A stretch of DNA of 51,506 nucleotides, filler included, from Sphacelaria rigidula (lineage: Eukaryota), in assembly GCA_964200075.2 (NCBI GenBank). It is 3 parts of 3 records of this genome, joined end to end, with 100 filler letters (N's around TTAATTAATTAA, not from the genome) between each part and the next. Parts side by side here need not be neighbours in the genome. Positions count along the whole stretch, not along the records: positions 17,206 to 34,308 come from CAXNAA020001169.1; positions 34,409 to 51,506 come from CAXNAA020001170.1; 1 more part is not named here. One strand, 5' to 3'. Below the pieces are notes generated by a model. It was not told the DNA's origin. It ran no database searches and worked only from the letters and a program-made list of their open reading frames with translations. Numbering within the stretch: the stretch's first letter is position 1; each line of letters starts with the position of its first letter. A program made the position numbers and the translations under genes. Below are positions 22,700 through 34,481 of the stretch, piece after piece.

Positions 22700-24130
22700 T
22701 CAAACGGACACCAAACGCATCCTTCTCCAAGGGGCACCTGGACACACAGAAGTTGCCGCTGCCTACCTAGTATGGTCCTCCAAATCGAAGTCTTGAGCAA
22801 GAACCCCCAGCGTTTCGTGCCCATGTACAAGGATGATCTACATCGAGTATCATGCTCCAAAACGTACCTGACAAGTGGGCAACACCCCCGTATAGACGGT
22901 AGCAATGCTAGCGGATCCTACGTCCTGACAGTCTGTGACAGTCTGGCAGCCGGCAAGGTGATTATGGTAGTGTCCTTCTAGCGATATCAACTCACATTAC
23001 ACTGGAGCAGAGCTTGCAGGTGAATATCTCGGCGATTGCCTCACCTGCAATTCGCCCAGATGGCACCCCTGCGTTATATATGGAAAATGTACCCAACCGT
23101 AGACAAAAGATTTCTACAGACAGTACGAACACGACGTATGAGAAAAATGTACTGCGCAACGTCGAGTGTGCTCTGTGTGTTCCCGTCCCATAAATTCTGG
23201 ACGCCGGTCTCCAACTTTCGGTATATGTGGGCGCACCAGCCGCGGCTGTGTTATCATACAGCCTCGCCCAAGATACAGGCAGCCATCACAACGGCGGAGG
23301 CGGCCTTTCACTCCTGTGTGCGCCACGTGGGGCAAACGCACGCTGTAGCTGCAACACGGACAGCTTTACAAAAATTGACGCAGCAATATAGCGCGTGGCG
23401 AGGAGATTTATATCCTGCGTACACCTTGGCTGCGATGCAACGGTTGCACTCATGATGTGGCGAACTGCATGGGACAACGCGAAATCAATGCAGGACAGGG
23501 ATAGACTAAGGATGCGACGTTCTGCGGTGTGCTCTGTCACCCTCAGCCCTGCCGCTGTGCAGTAAGCAGGTAGTACCGCCGCAGGCGTCACGCCGTGGTT
23601 GGCACGTAGTATCGGCTCCACACCCGTAGGATAACCTCAGCATTGAAATTCATTGACACGCACTGAATTAAATTACACGGGCGCAGCGCGTTATTTTCGA
23701 GCAGCACGCGCGCTAGCGTTCACGTGTTGCCGACGCAGTGCCAGCGCGCTTGTGCACTACAGCGTTGTACTCTCCTGTGGCAACCCGTCACGGTATTGCT
23801 TCTCATGTTTCATGACGCTTTATGCGAAAGCACGCAGAAGAAACGCCAGCGAATCCATCATTGTTGCACTTGGAGGTGTGGTGTACCAGTTTTTCGATCT
23901 AGTACTGCAGCATGCTCCGTGCTGTACGAACCAGTATACCGCACTAGTTCAGAAACGGGTATGCGTGAAATAAACGCCACCGACATGCTCTTGTTATCAT
24001 GAACTGTACTCTGTACGAGGCACGGGGACCGTAGTTTTTGTCAAGGAATGCAAGGACGCAACCATACTGCAGTACAGGCAGTTTTTCATGCAACACGTGA
24101 TTCAAACGAGACACAAAACAAAGCATTTAC
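22700..24130 (+). pseudogene. Decayed coding-like fragments of unknown function
   Basis: Consecutive + strand ORF pieces (23036-23455; 23653-23973 with the Cys cluster LSCGNPSRYCFSCF). No recognisable domain. Confidence 0.3.
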
Positions 24131-24538
24131 GTGATGGTACCTGGGCGTTTTGATACTGAAACGAGTCCACCAGCCCCTCCACTAGCTACCGTAAGGAGAT
24201 GAATACCACGTCTGAATACAAAATAAGTTACGAGCACACCTTCATTTTAGACAAGAGGGCCCAGCCGAGACCACTACGGGTTCACCGCCGAAATCCGAGA
24301 CGGCAACGTCCCAAACACCGAAATAAATTGAAATTAAAAGTGCCCTGGACACAGGGTGATCTGTCAAGATAGAAGATGTCAGTTTGCACACAGTGCGGGC
24401 TGGGCCAGCAGCGATCGGGGGAGGCTATGTCTCACGTCTTCTTACACAAACACAGGGAGCTTGGCATGGCGACGTCTCCACGTCTTTGTACCTCGCCTTA
24501 GGCTGCACGTCCCTTTGAATTCCGCTGACCGTCCTTTT

Positions 24539-24958
24539 CAAGGTTGTGTTCTGGAAGGTACGGTTTTCTGTATACCCGGGATATTTTTCCGGGTATGTAT
24601 CGTACCCGACAGTTCTGTAACTTCTGTAAGACTTTCATACTGGTACCCGACAATTCTGTAATCTCTGTAAGATTTTCATACCCTTACCCGGTAGTTCTGT
24701 AAGTTCTGTACCGTACATTTACCCGAAGCCGAAGGGCGTGTACACCCGAGCAGAGTTACCCGATTGCCGGTACCGGTTCTCTGTAAGCCTCCCGTACCCT
24801 ACCCGACAAGTTCTGTAAAGTCTGTCAGACTTTCATACCGGTACCCGACAGTTCTGTAAACTCTGAGACTTTCAAATCGGTACCCGGCAGTTCTGTAAAC
24901 TCTGTATGGAATCTCATACCCTACAGAACGTACCCATACCTTACAGAACACAACCTTG
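24539..24958. mobile_element. 420-bp hAT-type MITE with an internal ~37-bp tandem array
   Basis: TIRs CAAGGTTGTGTTCTG(G/T)AAGGTA. Degenerate 8-bp TSD GTCCTTTT / ACCCTTTT. Internal repeats of GTACCCGACAGTTCTGTAA.CTCTGTAAGACTTTCATACC. Confidence 0.8.
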
Positions 24959-25864
24959 ACCCTTTTGGTATCTCCCCACTCTTTTGGTACCCACCCCCCT
25001 CGGAAATATATCTGTAACCGTAAGCTAGGGTCAACATTTCTCATAGTATTTTCTCAGCGGTATATCTTCCTTATAAAATGTTGCAAAAATGGGGGGTGGA
25101 AAACGAACCGGAAGAAACGGCCTCACAGTATTTATTTTCAGTACGAGTAATATGGAGGTGTTTTGCTGAAATTTGAATATCTGACGCGGGGGCTACATTC
25201 AAAATGTTGATGCTCCGCGGCGTGAAATATGTTGAGGTTAGAGGTGCACACGTCCTTGGAAGCGAGATGTCCACATCGGCAAGGAAAGCCGGCGATATAG
25301 ACTACGTCCAAGGCTGAGGCACCCGGATGGCAACATGTCACTGCAGAAGGAGGAAGCGCTTAACATACGATTGTATGTTTTCATAGAAAATCCAGGACAA
25401 AGTTGACACCGTGTGCTTAGAGTTGGCAGTACCGAACTGACCGTACGACGCAAACCAAATCACGCCTGAGCAGGGCTGAACTATGCGCGAGCAATCCGTA
25501 AAAGTTGTGAATTGCTCTCTGTTGCACCTTGAGAGCAAGTGCAACGGCTGAAAGCCCGCAGAAGGTCGATGAAGTGCATCTTGGAGAAACCTCAAGAAAT
25601 TGCCGTGCGATTTACGTCCACAAAAACCGCAGGTCGATGCTGATGAAAGAGAAAAATAACCATCCTCGTCGTGGTCAATCTGTCATGACTCCGTTCACAG
25701 AGGTCGCGATACTGTCTGTAAGGGAACATTCTCTCCTTCCCGAACAGCTTCACAGCGGCCCTTCGTAAAAGACGCTGTTGTCTTCAACTCGGCTACACGG
25801 CCACGCGCGAGGCGGTGTATACACCCTAACGGGAGCAACCTCAAAGATATGACGAGGCTTGAAC

Positions 25865-26088
25865 CAAGGGTCTACACTTTACACTCGTCACGTCTCACGT
25901 CTCACGCCAAAAGTTAAGCCTGGCTCGTACTACGGTGGGGGACGGGGACCACTCGTGGAGCCCTGCTCGAAAGCCAAGTCAAATCAGGGCTCCCCGCGTG
26001 GTCCCCCACCATAGTACTAGCCTGGCTTGACTTTTGACGACTCTTGACGTGAAACATGGACGTAACGAGTGTAACATGTAAACCCTTG
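25865..26088. repeat. Tail-to-tail inverted pair (~100-bp arms) of a repeat containing a 5S rRNA-like internal control region
   Basis: Arms 25865-25965 and 25985-26088. The minus-strand arm reads GTCAAGAGTCGTC..AAGCCAGGCTAGTACTATGGTGGGGGACCACGCGGGGAGCCCTG, matching the A/IE/C-box half of eukaryotic 5S rRNA as I recall it. Confidence 0.7.
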
Positions 26089-27601
26089 ACCTGAATGGTG
26101 CTTGTTTGCTGGTTATGGCAAGCATCGTGGGCCGAATGGAAGGACCATGGTGCCAAGAACCCGCTGCCTCCGCGCCGGTGTTGTGTTGTACCCTCCATGA
26201 TGGACATTAGAAAGTGAAAAATGTCCCGAAAGAAGGTTCAGCATCGTGCATGACCATCCTTTCAACCCACGCAGTGCACAAAACGCCTCGGTTTGCCGAT
26301 CCTGTCGGGGATGCGAATCGGGGGAAGGGTGTTGGCCTCCGAATTTTGTCCGCACTACTCGACGGAATTTCACCGACCATAGACAACCCATCCTCGTTTG
26401 CTTTCTTCCATGTGGATACACTTGATTAAACCCTACATCATGAAAACGAGCGAATCGTGCGTTCAAGCGACGCCCTCTCTGTTCAGGCACCACATACACG
26501 TCCACACACCCTGACACGCATTGCGGGTCAACTTCCCTTCTTCTTCCAAATTTTTTTTTTGCCGCCTGGTGTGCCGTGCGTGGGACGTTCCCGGAAAACC
26601 AAGTTCACCTGAAATGGTGATTTGAAGCACACAACGCAGAAAGCGGCGCTCGAATCGCACTCGTCGTCGACGAAATGGTCTCTGATTTAGCCGGCCTATC
26701 GATGGACTCTCCCCAACAAACCACGGTCCCCGACAACAGCAAATGAAAAAAAACACGCAGACGGGACGGTTGAGGCAGGAAGGGAGGAGAGCCCTGAGCC
26801 GGAGTGTTTTTTTTCGGTGCGTAAAAGTATGTCCGTGTGTAATGCACTCCGACAATTGAGTTACAGAAAATCGTTGCCTCTTGGATCTTGTATACCCAGC
26901 TGCTCTGGGGTCCAACGTTAGAGAGCGTGGTGTGTGCTGGAACAGACAACACCATGTCGACTGTTTTGTGCTCTTCTGTCTCTTTGTTATGCGGAGTCCA
27001 CCTTTACCGCCACATGTAGCCTGCCGACTGTACATCATCCCTTGCGCTGCCACGAAGCTTCAGTGTCATGTTCTCATACAGTAGTGGGCGGTCCAACGAT
27101 TCATTTTGTGGCACTTTGTGATTTTTTCGTATTTGGCGATTTTCTTGGACTCTTCTTGCTTGCCACCGCTCATCATGATGGGGATCTAAAGATATATATA
27201 CCCACTCCACGTTCCAAGAAAAAAACACACCTGTACTCGATATTGAGTGACTTAAAGGCTGACCGGTCATCGAGGGTCCTGCCACGTTTCAGCCCAGATT
27301 CTTACTCTTCGGTATTTTCGGTCGATCGAGACTGTCCCGATCATATTTGTGAAGAAATAAAAAGTTTTATTTTTTATAATTCTACCTAATCTTCGCATAG
27401 GAGCCAAAAAACTATGTTTCACGGTCAAAAACACACTCCTGATAAACGAGGTATTTACTCGTATCGCCCGATAGAACCAATCAACGCTGACTTGGGCACT
27501 GTGTTTCAAGGATGATCTGTTCATTGTATCAAAATTTACCGACGCTAGCAATTCCGGGTTCTACCGAACTGTAGTACGCGAGGAAAACCCCTATGGACCT
27601 C

Positions 27602-27848
27602 TGTCACCCAAGATCAGATCGCCATGTGGACTACTCCCATCACGGGCACATGGACTTCAAAAGCTTTAGTTATTCATGTATTAACCCTTGTAATAGTACA
27701 GGACAACACGACCATAGCCCCTCTCCACCAGAGTAGCAAAACCAAGCCTACACATGGAGGTCACCCATCACAGAGCCCGGCAATCAGGCCCGAACTCCAC
27801 CTACACAATGCCCCTAACCTTGGGTAACAATGGTGGCTAGAGTCTACA
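27602..27848 (+). mobile_element. LTR (228 bp) followed by a PBS-like motif
   Basis: TGTCACCCAAG...CTTGGGTAACA (27602-27829) with inverted termini, then A-TGGTGGCTAGAGTC. Confidence 0.7.
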
Positions 27849-27859
27849 GCACCCCCAAA

Positions 27860-29385
27860 GCTCTCTACTACCAACAAGTAGTTACATCAGAGCTTGATAA
27901 ACTCAGACATCATTGGTGCCTGATAGTACCGTCGTTTTCCGCAAAGAATAGTAATCTCTTCCGCTGCTTTCGAAATCATTCTCAAAACGATTCGCAAATA
28001 CCAGTCAAGATGTGTTTCCTCATTCTCAACAAGCACTCAATCACCTCAGCACTTGCTCCTCAACATCAGCACCCAACTCGGCACTCACCACAACAGCAAA
28101 CACCTCAGGTAATGCTTTGTATTCCTCCAGCCCGCTCCTGAGAAACAGCACTCGAACGACGATCCCGTGCACAGCGTAGAGCAGCGTTTCCACTCGAACA
28201 CTCGCTCCTCGCGCCATGAATCTAGCTACAGCTCACACCCTCGTGGAGCCGCTCAGCTCGCCAGTAAACAGTATATCCGCACCGCCGAACCAATGCGACA
28301 AGCCACCTGCCTCCACAGATACTCGGGCAGTACTGAACACCTACGCTTCAGTCAGTTTTACAGAGGGAGCGAGAGGCGAAACGGGAACAGCGAGAGGCGA
28401 AACGGGAACAGCTACACAGTCCCGAACAGCAACACCTCCTGATGGCACACTGTCCTCCTCAAACACCCCGCGGCGCAACAGTAGAGACACCTCCGCCATC
28501 GCCGCCAAATACACCAAAGCTGTTCATGTGAACCAGCAGTGTACACGACCACCCCAACACCACGCGACGCTCGTCGTCGCCGTCAGGATTGTGATCGCTA
28601 ACAGCATCACGAGCTTGCAGCTCGCTCTGCCTACCCGCTTCACGTGGATCACACGCCCCTGTTGTTTCGATCATGCAAGGCGTGTCCACAGCTACGCGCT
28701 GCTCCGGCGGCAATTCCACCAACCCGGCATCCACCTGTCCTTCAAGCAGACACCCTTGCGAATCATCTGAACCATCTCCCACCATGTCACTGGCGCAGAT
28801 AAATTCAACATGAGCACGGCAAGCTCCTTGCTCACCCTGCTCGTTCGTAGTACGCGAATAAGACCCCCCTGCAACTTCGAGCATGCAAGGAGTATCTACA
28901 GCTACGCGCTGGTCCGGCGGCAACAAGTAACTAGGACCTCCGCCCACCAGTACTTGCTCATTGGCCCATGTAGGCCTCGCCCTCTCAACATCGCCAACAA
29001 CAGCAGCAGTATCACCCATACTCGCTACAGCCGCCACCTCCTGTCCGGCGTGCTCCTTGACGGCAATTGCGGCAACGTCTCTAGCGCTCTCGTGCCTGTC
29101 CCCTCGGACTAGCGATGGCTGTGTAACTTGTTCGCCTCTTCCAACAGCACTGCCAGCGGCTGCTACTCCAGCACCGACTACTGTACTCTCACTGTTCTTG
29201 CTGCCCAGTGCGTCTCCTCGGACAGACACATGCGTCATCACCTTCGCGCCGCTCAAAGTGGCATCGCGTTGTTGCTTCAGTCGCGGGCGAGCTGTTCCTA
29301 CTACTGCGCGCTCAGCAGGTGCACTATCGTGCCTGTCCCCTCGGGCAGACACATGCTTCTCGACTTTCACACGCAGTAGTAGCAA
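27860..29385 (-). mobile_element. Internal LTR-retrotransposon-like fragment (low-complexity gag-pol linker), inverted relative to the LTR
   Basis: 308-aa ORF with internal peptide repeats (VRGDRH.SA; LPP.QRVAVDTPCM), lying between two LTR-PBS copies. No catalytic motif seen. Confidence 0.4.
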
Positions 29386-29553
29386 CAGCTCGTCCGCGAC
29401 AGAAGCTACAACGCGATGCCACTTTGAGGGGCGCGAAGGTGACGGCGCATGTGTCTATCCGAAGAGACGCGCTGGGCAGCACGAACAGTGAGAGTACAGT
29501 AGTCGGTGCTGAAGTAGCAGCCGCTGGCAGTGCTGTTTGAAGAGGCTAACAAG
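29127..29553. repeat. Inverted duplication, 182-bp arms, 63-bp spacer
   Basis: 29127-29308 is the reverse complement of 29372-29553, with scattered substitutions. Confidence 0.9.
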
Positions 29554-29554
29554 A

Positions 29555-29645
29555 GGTCGCCCATCACAGAGTCCGGCAATCAGACCCGCAACTCCACCTG
29601 CACAATGTCCTTAACCTTGGGTAACAACGGTGGCTAGAGTCTACA
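29555..29645 (+). mobile_element. Second, 5'-truncated copy of the LTR end plus PBS-like motif
   Basis: GGTCGCCCATCACAGAGTCCGGCAATCAG...CCTTGGGTAACAACGGTGGCTAGAGTCTACA matches 27759-27848. Confidence 0.85.
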
Positions 29646-30881
29646 CCCTAAAACACCCCTGAATAGTTAGACCGCCCACTACTGACTGTATTTTGAATTT
29701 ATATAATTTGACTCGAAATATGAATGGGACTCAGAGTGCCCATCGTGGACGCCCATCGCGGACGCCCAAGGGTTCACTTCCATAGCTGGGGGTAGGATGA
29801 GTTCACGCTCTCCAAAGTTTCTTGTAATCTAGTCCATGGTGATAGCCATAGATGCTGAGAGCAATGGGAAGGAACGCAGGGGGGGCGGGGGGCTGAAGAG
29901 AAGAAAACTCTTCTTAACTATACCGTTGTACATCGTGCTCCATTGTACTGTACTGTACTGTGCCTTGTTCGGCTCTGTCCATCTATATACAACCACCTTC
30001 AGGGAGAGTAATCTGCTGTGCGTTGACATGATTTTGACTTGAAAGATAAATGCGAGACCTAGATGACCCACCGTAGAAGCTCACAGGTTCAACGCTTTTC
30101 CAAGATTTCGTGTAATCTGATAATTTCTGGTGCCCATCGAAGAAGGGAAGGAAAGCAGCGGGAGGAGAGATAAGACAACAGTGCACTGTACTGTTTCAAT
30201 TCGGCTGTCTATAGTCATCCCAGGGTGGATCGATCATGTGCATCGGAATAATCTTCACTTGAAAAATGAATCATCAGTGCGGCCATGAGCAATGCACCTG
30301 CGGCAGAGTGTGTGATCTGCATAGAAGGCCTTCTGGGGTTCTCTTGGAACCGATCGGACGGATCCTTTATTTCCGACTGGCTAGCTTGATTTATCCATCA
30401 GGAAGAGCCGGGACACTTCTCGGGGAAAATTACTTCATGTTCTGTGAGCGATTCGCATCCCCAACTGCTGCGTCAACATCTACCTGTGGCCTTAACCTTT
30501 ACATATGTAAGGTTTCAGTATCATCAGACGCTAGGTGCTCTCTGTTCGGACGCCTAATCTTCCCAAAAACTCCACCCATGTTATTGAAGAGGAACAACAC
30601 TGGTTATGGCATTGTCCACACAATACGTTCGCCGAAAGCGCGTACCAACTTGCTGTTCGTGCGCCACATGCCTGCAATATTTCCGAGAAGATAACGCCGT
30701 CGAGCCATCATTGAAACCCCAGAAACGGAATAACCAGAGTGACGTGGAAATTTGTTCATCCTGTTTCACCTTGCGTATGACTCATCTAAGCCCGCTTCTT
30801 GTGCTACGAAACATTTCCCCAGAAAAGCCTATTTTGGTGATTCAATGCCGATTTCGCTGGAGTTCGTGGCTGGGCGGATTA

Positions 30882-31163
30882 TGCCACACAAACTTTTCTA
30901 CACTCTCCGAGGGAATTCCAGTGCAATTTTCCGATTTCTCGTGCGCCCAGTTTGACTTTTGGCCGTACAAATAATAACTCAAACAACTCTTGAAGTACCA
31001 TGTTTCTCTGAGAGATCGGTATGTGTTCTTGAGAAAACTCCAAGGTTCTATGGGTTGTTTGAGAAGTTGTTTGTCCGGCTAAAACTCGAAATTGGCGCAC
31101 AGTATAAAGAAAAAGTGCACTGGCACCCTCTAGGGATGTATAGCAAGTCTTCCTGTGGTGGCA
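30882..31163. repeat. Old, diverged foldback element
   Basis: TGCCAC...GAGGG..CCAGTGCA...GTGCGCC...GCCG.ACAAA...CTCAAACAAC is mirrored on the opposite strand at about 31045-31163. Confidence 0.6.
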
Positions 31164-31582
31164 CAATTCGTTAAGCCCCTTTTCAGGGCGAAACTCGGGC
31201 GCTGAGTCGCGAAAATCAGTTTTCCAAGGAGACTTTTTCCGAACCCACTTTATACTCACAAAAAACGGACCAAATCGGTTCCAATGTTGTGAGCAGAGTT
31301 CTCTGCCGATGCACGACGTCGACTAGTGACGTGCACAACATACGTTCTCCGCACAATCCGTGCAGGGCAGTGAATTCGCGCGAAGCTTGTTGTCCATACA
31401 TGATCCAATCCGGAATCGGGCGGAACGTGCCCTGTACGAACCATAGCGAGGGGATATCCAAATATCAAACATCTCTGCATGTTGCAAAACGTGTCGATCC
31501 AAGCTTGATTCTCCAAGAGCCTTGGTGACCTACCGTTTCATTTCACACGCCCGCCCTTTTTGGACCCTCCCCGCTCCAGCAG

Positions 31583-31793
31583 GTCCTCATGGGGCTCGTC
31601 ATCGGAAGTCCCTGTGTCAACGAGCGTTGATGAGGTGCTTGTCTCCCCGGTTTTGATCAAGGTTATCGGAGTGGGTGGTGGAGGTGGTAACGCCGTTGAC
31701 GGCATGATCAACACCGCCACTCGCGATCTGGCTGGGGTAGAGTTTGTCACGATGAACACAGACACCCAGGCCCTGACCAAAAGCCGCGCTAAG
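31583..31793 (+). CDS. ftsZ: Plastid division protein FtsZ, first visible exon
   Basis: [32 protein letters not shown]; donor AAG|GTGGG. The acceptor is ambiguous (CAGCAG gives 31580 or 31583), and upstream targeting exon(s) were not identified. Confidence 0.92.
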
Positions 31794-32120
31794 GTGGGAG
31801 ATGGATGGTATGTCCGCGCTCTGTGATGACTGATGAATGTATGTGTGTGTTTTCCAAATAATGATCAACATCATCACGGAGACGCAATGCCCAACATTGT
31901 GAAGGCGTTGTTCCAGATTGTGGCTCTATTTTGTTGCGAGCCCAAAATTTTATGATCACAGATTAATGTGTAGCTAGGCATGGAGAACTCTGAACACTAC
32001 GGGTTTTCCTTGCCCGCGCGCGTGCTTCATGGGGTACATGTTATCCTTCGGTAGAGGTGTCTTGAACATGGATGACAGGGTTTGTAAAGCCACCATATTT
32101 TTTCATCAAAACAAAATCAG

Positions 32121-32262
32121 GTCAAGATGGCGCTTGGATCCAACATTACGCGTGGGCTCGGGGCTGGAGGCAAGCCGGAGGTTGGGCAAGCAGCGGCGAA
32201 AGAGTCTCTTCCGGAGATAAAGAAACTTCTAGCGGACGCCGACATGGTGTTCGTTACGGCTG
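32121..32262 (+). CDS. ftsZ: FtsZ exon
   Basis: CAG|VKMALGSNITRGLGAGGKPEVGQAAAKES..DADMVFVTA(G)|GTAGG. Confidence 0.95.
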
Positions 32263-32599
32263 GTAGGTCTTGGTAGGTCTTCTTTGTCTTTCCTCGACAT
32301 TTCATATCACCCAGCATAAGTGTATCTGTGGACAGAACCAGATAGTGTCCCGGTGTTGGAATATCGCAAGGGTGATTTCCCCCGCAGCTTCATCGAAGGC
32401 ACCAACCTCCTTCCCCTTTCATGGTGCTCCGACCTCTCCCGTTCAAATTGGGATTGTTACCGCTGTGTACATGGTGCTGAACTCCGCGAGTTGTTTCCTG
32501 AGCTGTTGTTGAGCTGACATGGCATGCATGCACAGGTCTTTGCATTCCGATTCTCGCTCTGCCTCCCCCGTACCATCAAATGCCTGATATCACGAAAAG

Positions 32600-32868
32600 G
32601 GATGGGTGGGGGGACTGGGACTGGAGCGGCGCCAGTAATAGCAGAGGCAGCGCGGGATCTTGGGTGCTTGACGGTCGCCGTGGTGACGGAACCGTTCTCT
32701 TTTGAAGGTCGACAGCGATCGAAACAAGCGGCGGCAGGACTACAGCAATTGCGAGAAGCCGCGGATACGGTATTGGTGGTGGCTAACGACCGGTTGCTGG
32801 AGATCGTTCCCGGTCGTATGACGATGCAAGACGCGTTTCTCGTGGCGGATGACGTCTTGCGACAGGGG
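32600..32868 (+). CDS. ftsZ: FtsZ exon with the tubulin signature
   Basis: AAG|(G)[45 protein letters not shown]. Phase matches the previous exon. Confidence 0.96.
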
Positions 32869-33177
32869 GTGAGGTTCCGTCTTCTGTTGTATATTAGCTC
32901 GGTTTGTCGGCGTGGATCGGTATCCTGTCGTTGTGATGGAGCGCACGGTGAACCCGCGGTGCTCGCCCGTATGAAACGCAAATGTCGGGAATTGTGACCT
33001 TGAAGAATGAGATATTTGCCTCAGACACTACTGCCTTTCCTCACGATAGATGGGATGCTGTTCTATGCGGACGTTGCTTACCCCCTCGCTCGTGTGCGCA
33101 CTGCCTCACCCAGTGTACCCTGTTCTGTGATTCCTGAACGCATTTTTGGACTTCGTCGGCCTCACGTACTTATCCAG

Positions 33178-33300
33178 GTGATCGGCACATCGGAGATTAT
33201 CGTTCGTCCGGGACTCATGAACGTTGATTTTGCCGACGTGCGCCAGGTCATCAAGAGTTCGGGCACGGCACTCATAGGGATAGGGACGGGGACCGGGAAG
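33178..33300 (+). CDS. ftsZ: FtsZ exon with the T7 loop
   Basis: CAG|VIGTSEIIVRPGLMNVDFADVRQVIKSSGTALIGIGTGTGK|GTACG. Confidence 0.95.
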
Positions 33301-33937
33301 GTACGATTCGGAGGATGGCAGTAATATTGTGCTTGTGATGGTGGTACTTACATGTGCACCCCACCACGAATACACTGCGGACAGGCCGGCCACGCAAGAA
33401 ACACTTTGTCTAGTAGCTCGAGCAGACGACGACAAACGGCAAAGGGTTTTCCCCGGAAAATATACTTCGGTGCTCTGCACACTGGTTTACGGAGGCACTT
33501 AACTGTCAAATGTCGCACCCCCACGACGAGTACTTGATGCCCCTTCACGTCGTGTCCGGCTTTGCGGGTTCTGCCCTGGCGATACGATGTACGACGGGTG
33601 GGCTATAGGTATGAGAGCTACGTCTCTGCTCCCACGAATGTGGCAGATTCGTGCACCAAACTCGACGTGACTTTTTCACGGTGACGAAAGCTTGCATATA
33701 GGATTTTACAAATCGTCAGTTTCCCATCAACGGTTCCAAAAGGGTTCATGGCGGAAAGCGATGGTGGTACCTGTCGGGATTCGAGCCCATAGTCTTACGC
33801 CCGAAGTAGCTGCTGCTGTACCACCGTGTTACAATGTAGGACTAGGCATGCCCGTGATGCATGCATACTAGGGCTGTGAAAATAGCTGATAACAACCAGA
33901 CCCGCCCCTCTTCCTTCCCTTCCCGTTTGCAATACAG

Positions 33938-34057
33938 ACCCGAGCAGAGGACGCGGCGGTCGGTGCCATGTGCTCCCCTCTTCTTGATTTCCCGATTGAC
34001 GAAGCACGCGGTGTTGTCTTCAACATCGTTGGGGGGCCCGACATGTCTCTCATGGAG
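33938..34057 (+). CDS. ftsZ: FtsZ exon (last visible)
   Basis: CAG|TRAEDAAVGAMCSPLLDFPIDEARGVVFNIVGGPDMSLME|GTATT. The GVVFNI.GG motif is of cyanobacterial/plastid type. Confidence 0.95.
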
Positions 34058-34308
34058 GTATTGTACATGTCATCTTCCCCGTTGACATCTATCAGCCCTT
34101 GTCGGTTGTCTCGGGTACATATTAATTCGCGTGATGCCATCATCAAAGAGAGTACTGACCTCTTGCCTTTTTGATGGCGTCAGTGCTATTGTGCTTTTGT
34201 CAACCCCCCATTCCCCCCCAGTGCATATAGACATGGGATAGAGAAGCTAACCCTCCTTTTTATTTAACCTACTATAACACAGCCCGGACATAGACATGGA
34301 ACAGAGAC

Positions 34309-34408
34309 NNNNNNNNNNNNNNNNNNNNNNNNNNNNNNNNNNNNNNNNNNNNTTAATTAATTAANNNNNNNNNNNNNNNNNNNNNNNNNNNNNNNNNNNN
34401 NNNNNNNN
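34309..34408. other. Scaffold gap with an artificial linker
   Basis: N run containing TTAATTAATTAA (34353-34364). Confidence 0.95.
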
Positions 34409-34481
34409 TCTTCTTTGTCACAACTTGAAATAATGAGGCGTCTGGCCCGGGGACGGGAGGGCAGGGTTCCAAAAGGGTTAA

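Noticed and set aside
10000..24130. Fanzor/TnpB, viral capsid, polB or Helitron Rep hallmark genes
   Set aside because: I could not recognise RuvC, capsid, polB or HUH motifs by eye. Heavy decay means a profile search could still find them.
24600..24920. CRISPR-like appearance of the ~37-bp repeats (also 40634-40730 and 46901-47048)
   Set aside because: The units are contiguous, with no unique spacers and no cas genes, in a eukaryotic context.
25909..26035. Functional 5S rRNA genes
   Set aside because: Only the internal control region half is present, degenerate and without a terminator.
31583..34057. Bacterial contamination or recent transfer of ftsZ
   Set aside because: The gene is split by spliceosomal GT-AG introns with consistent phases.
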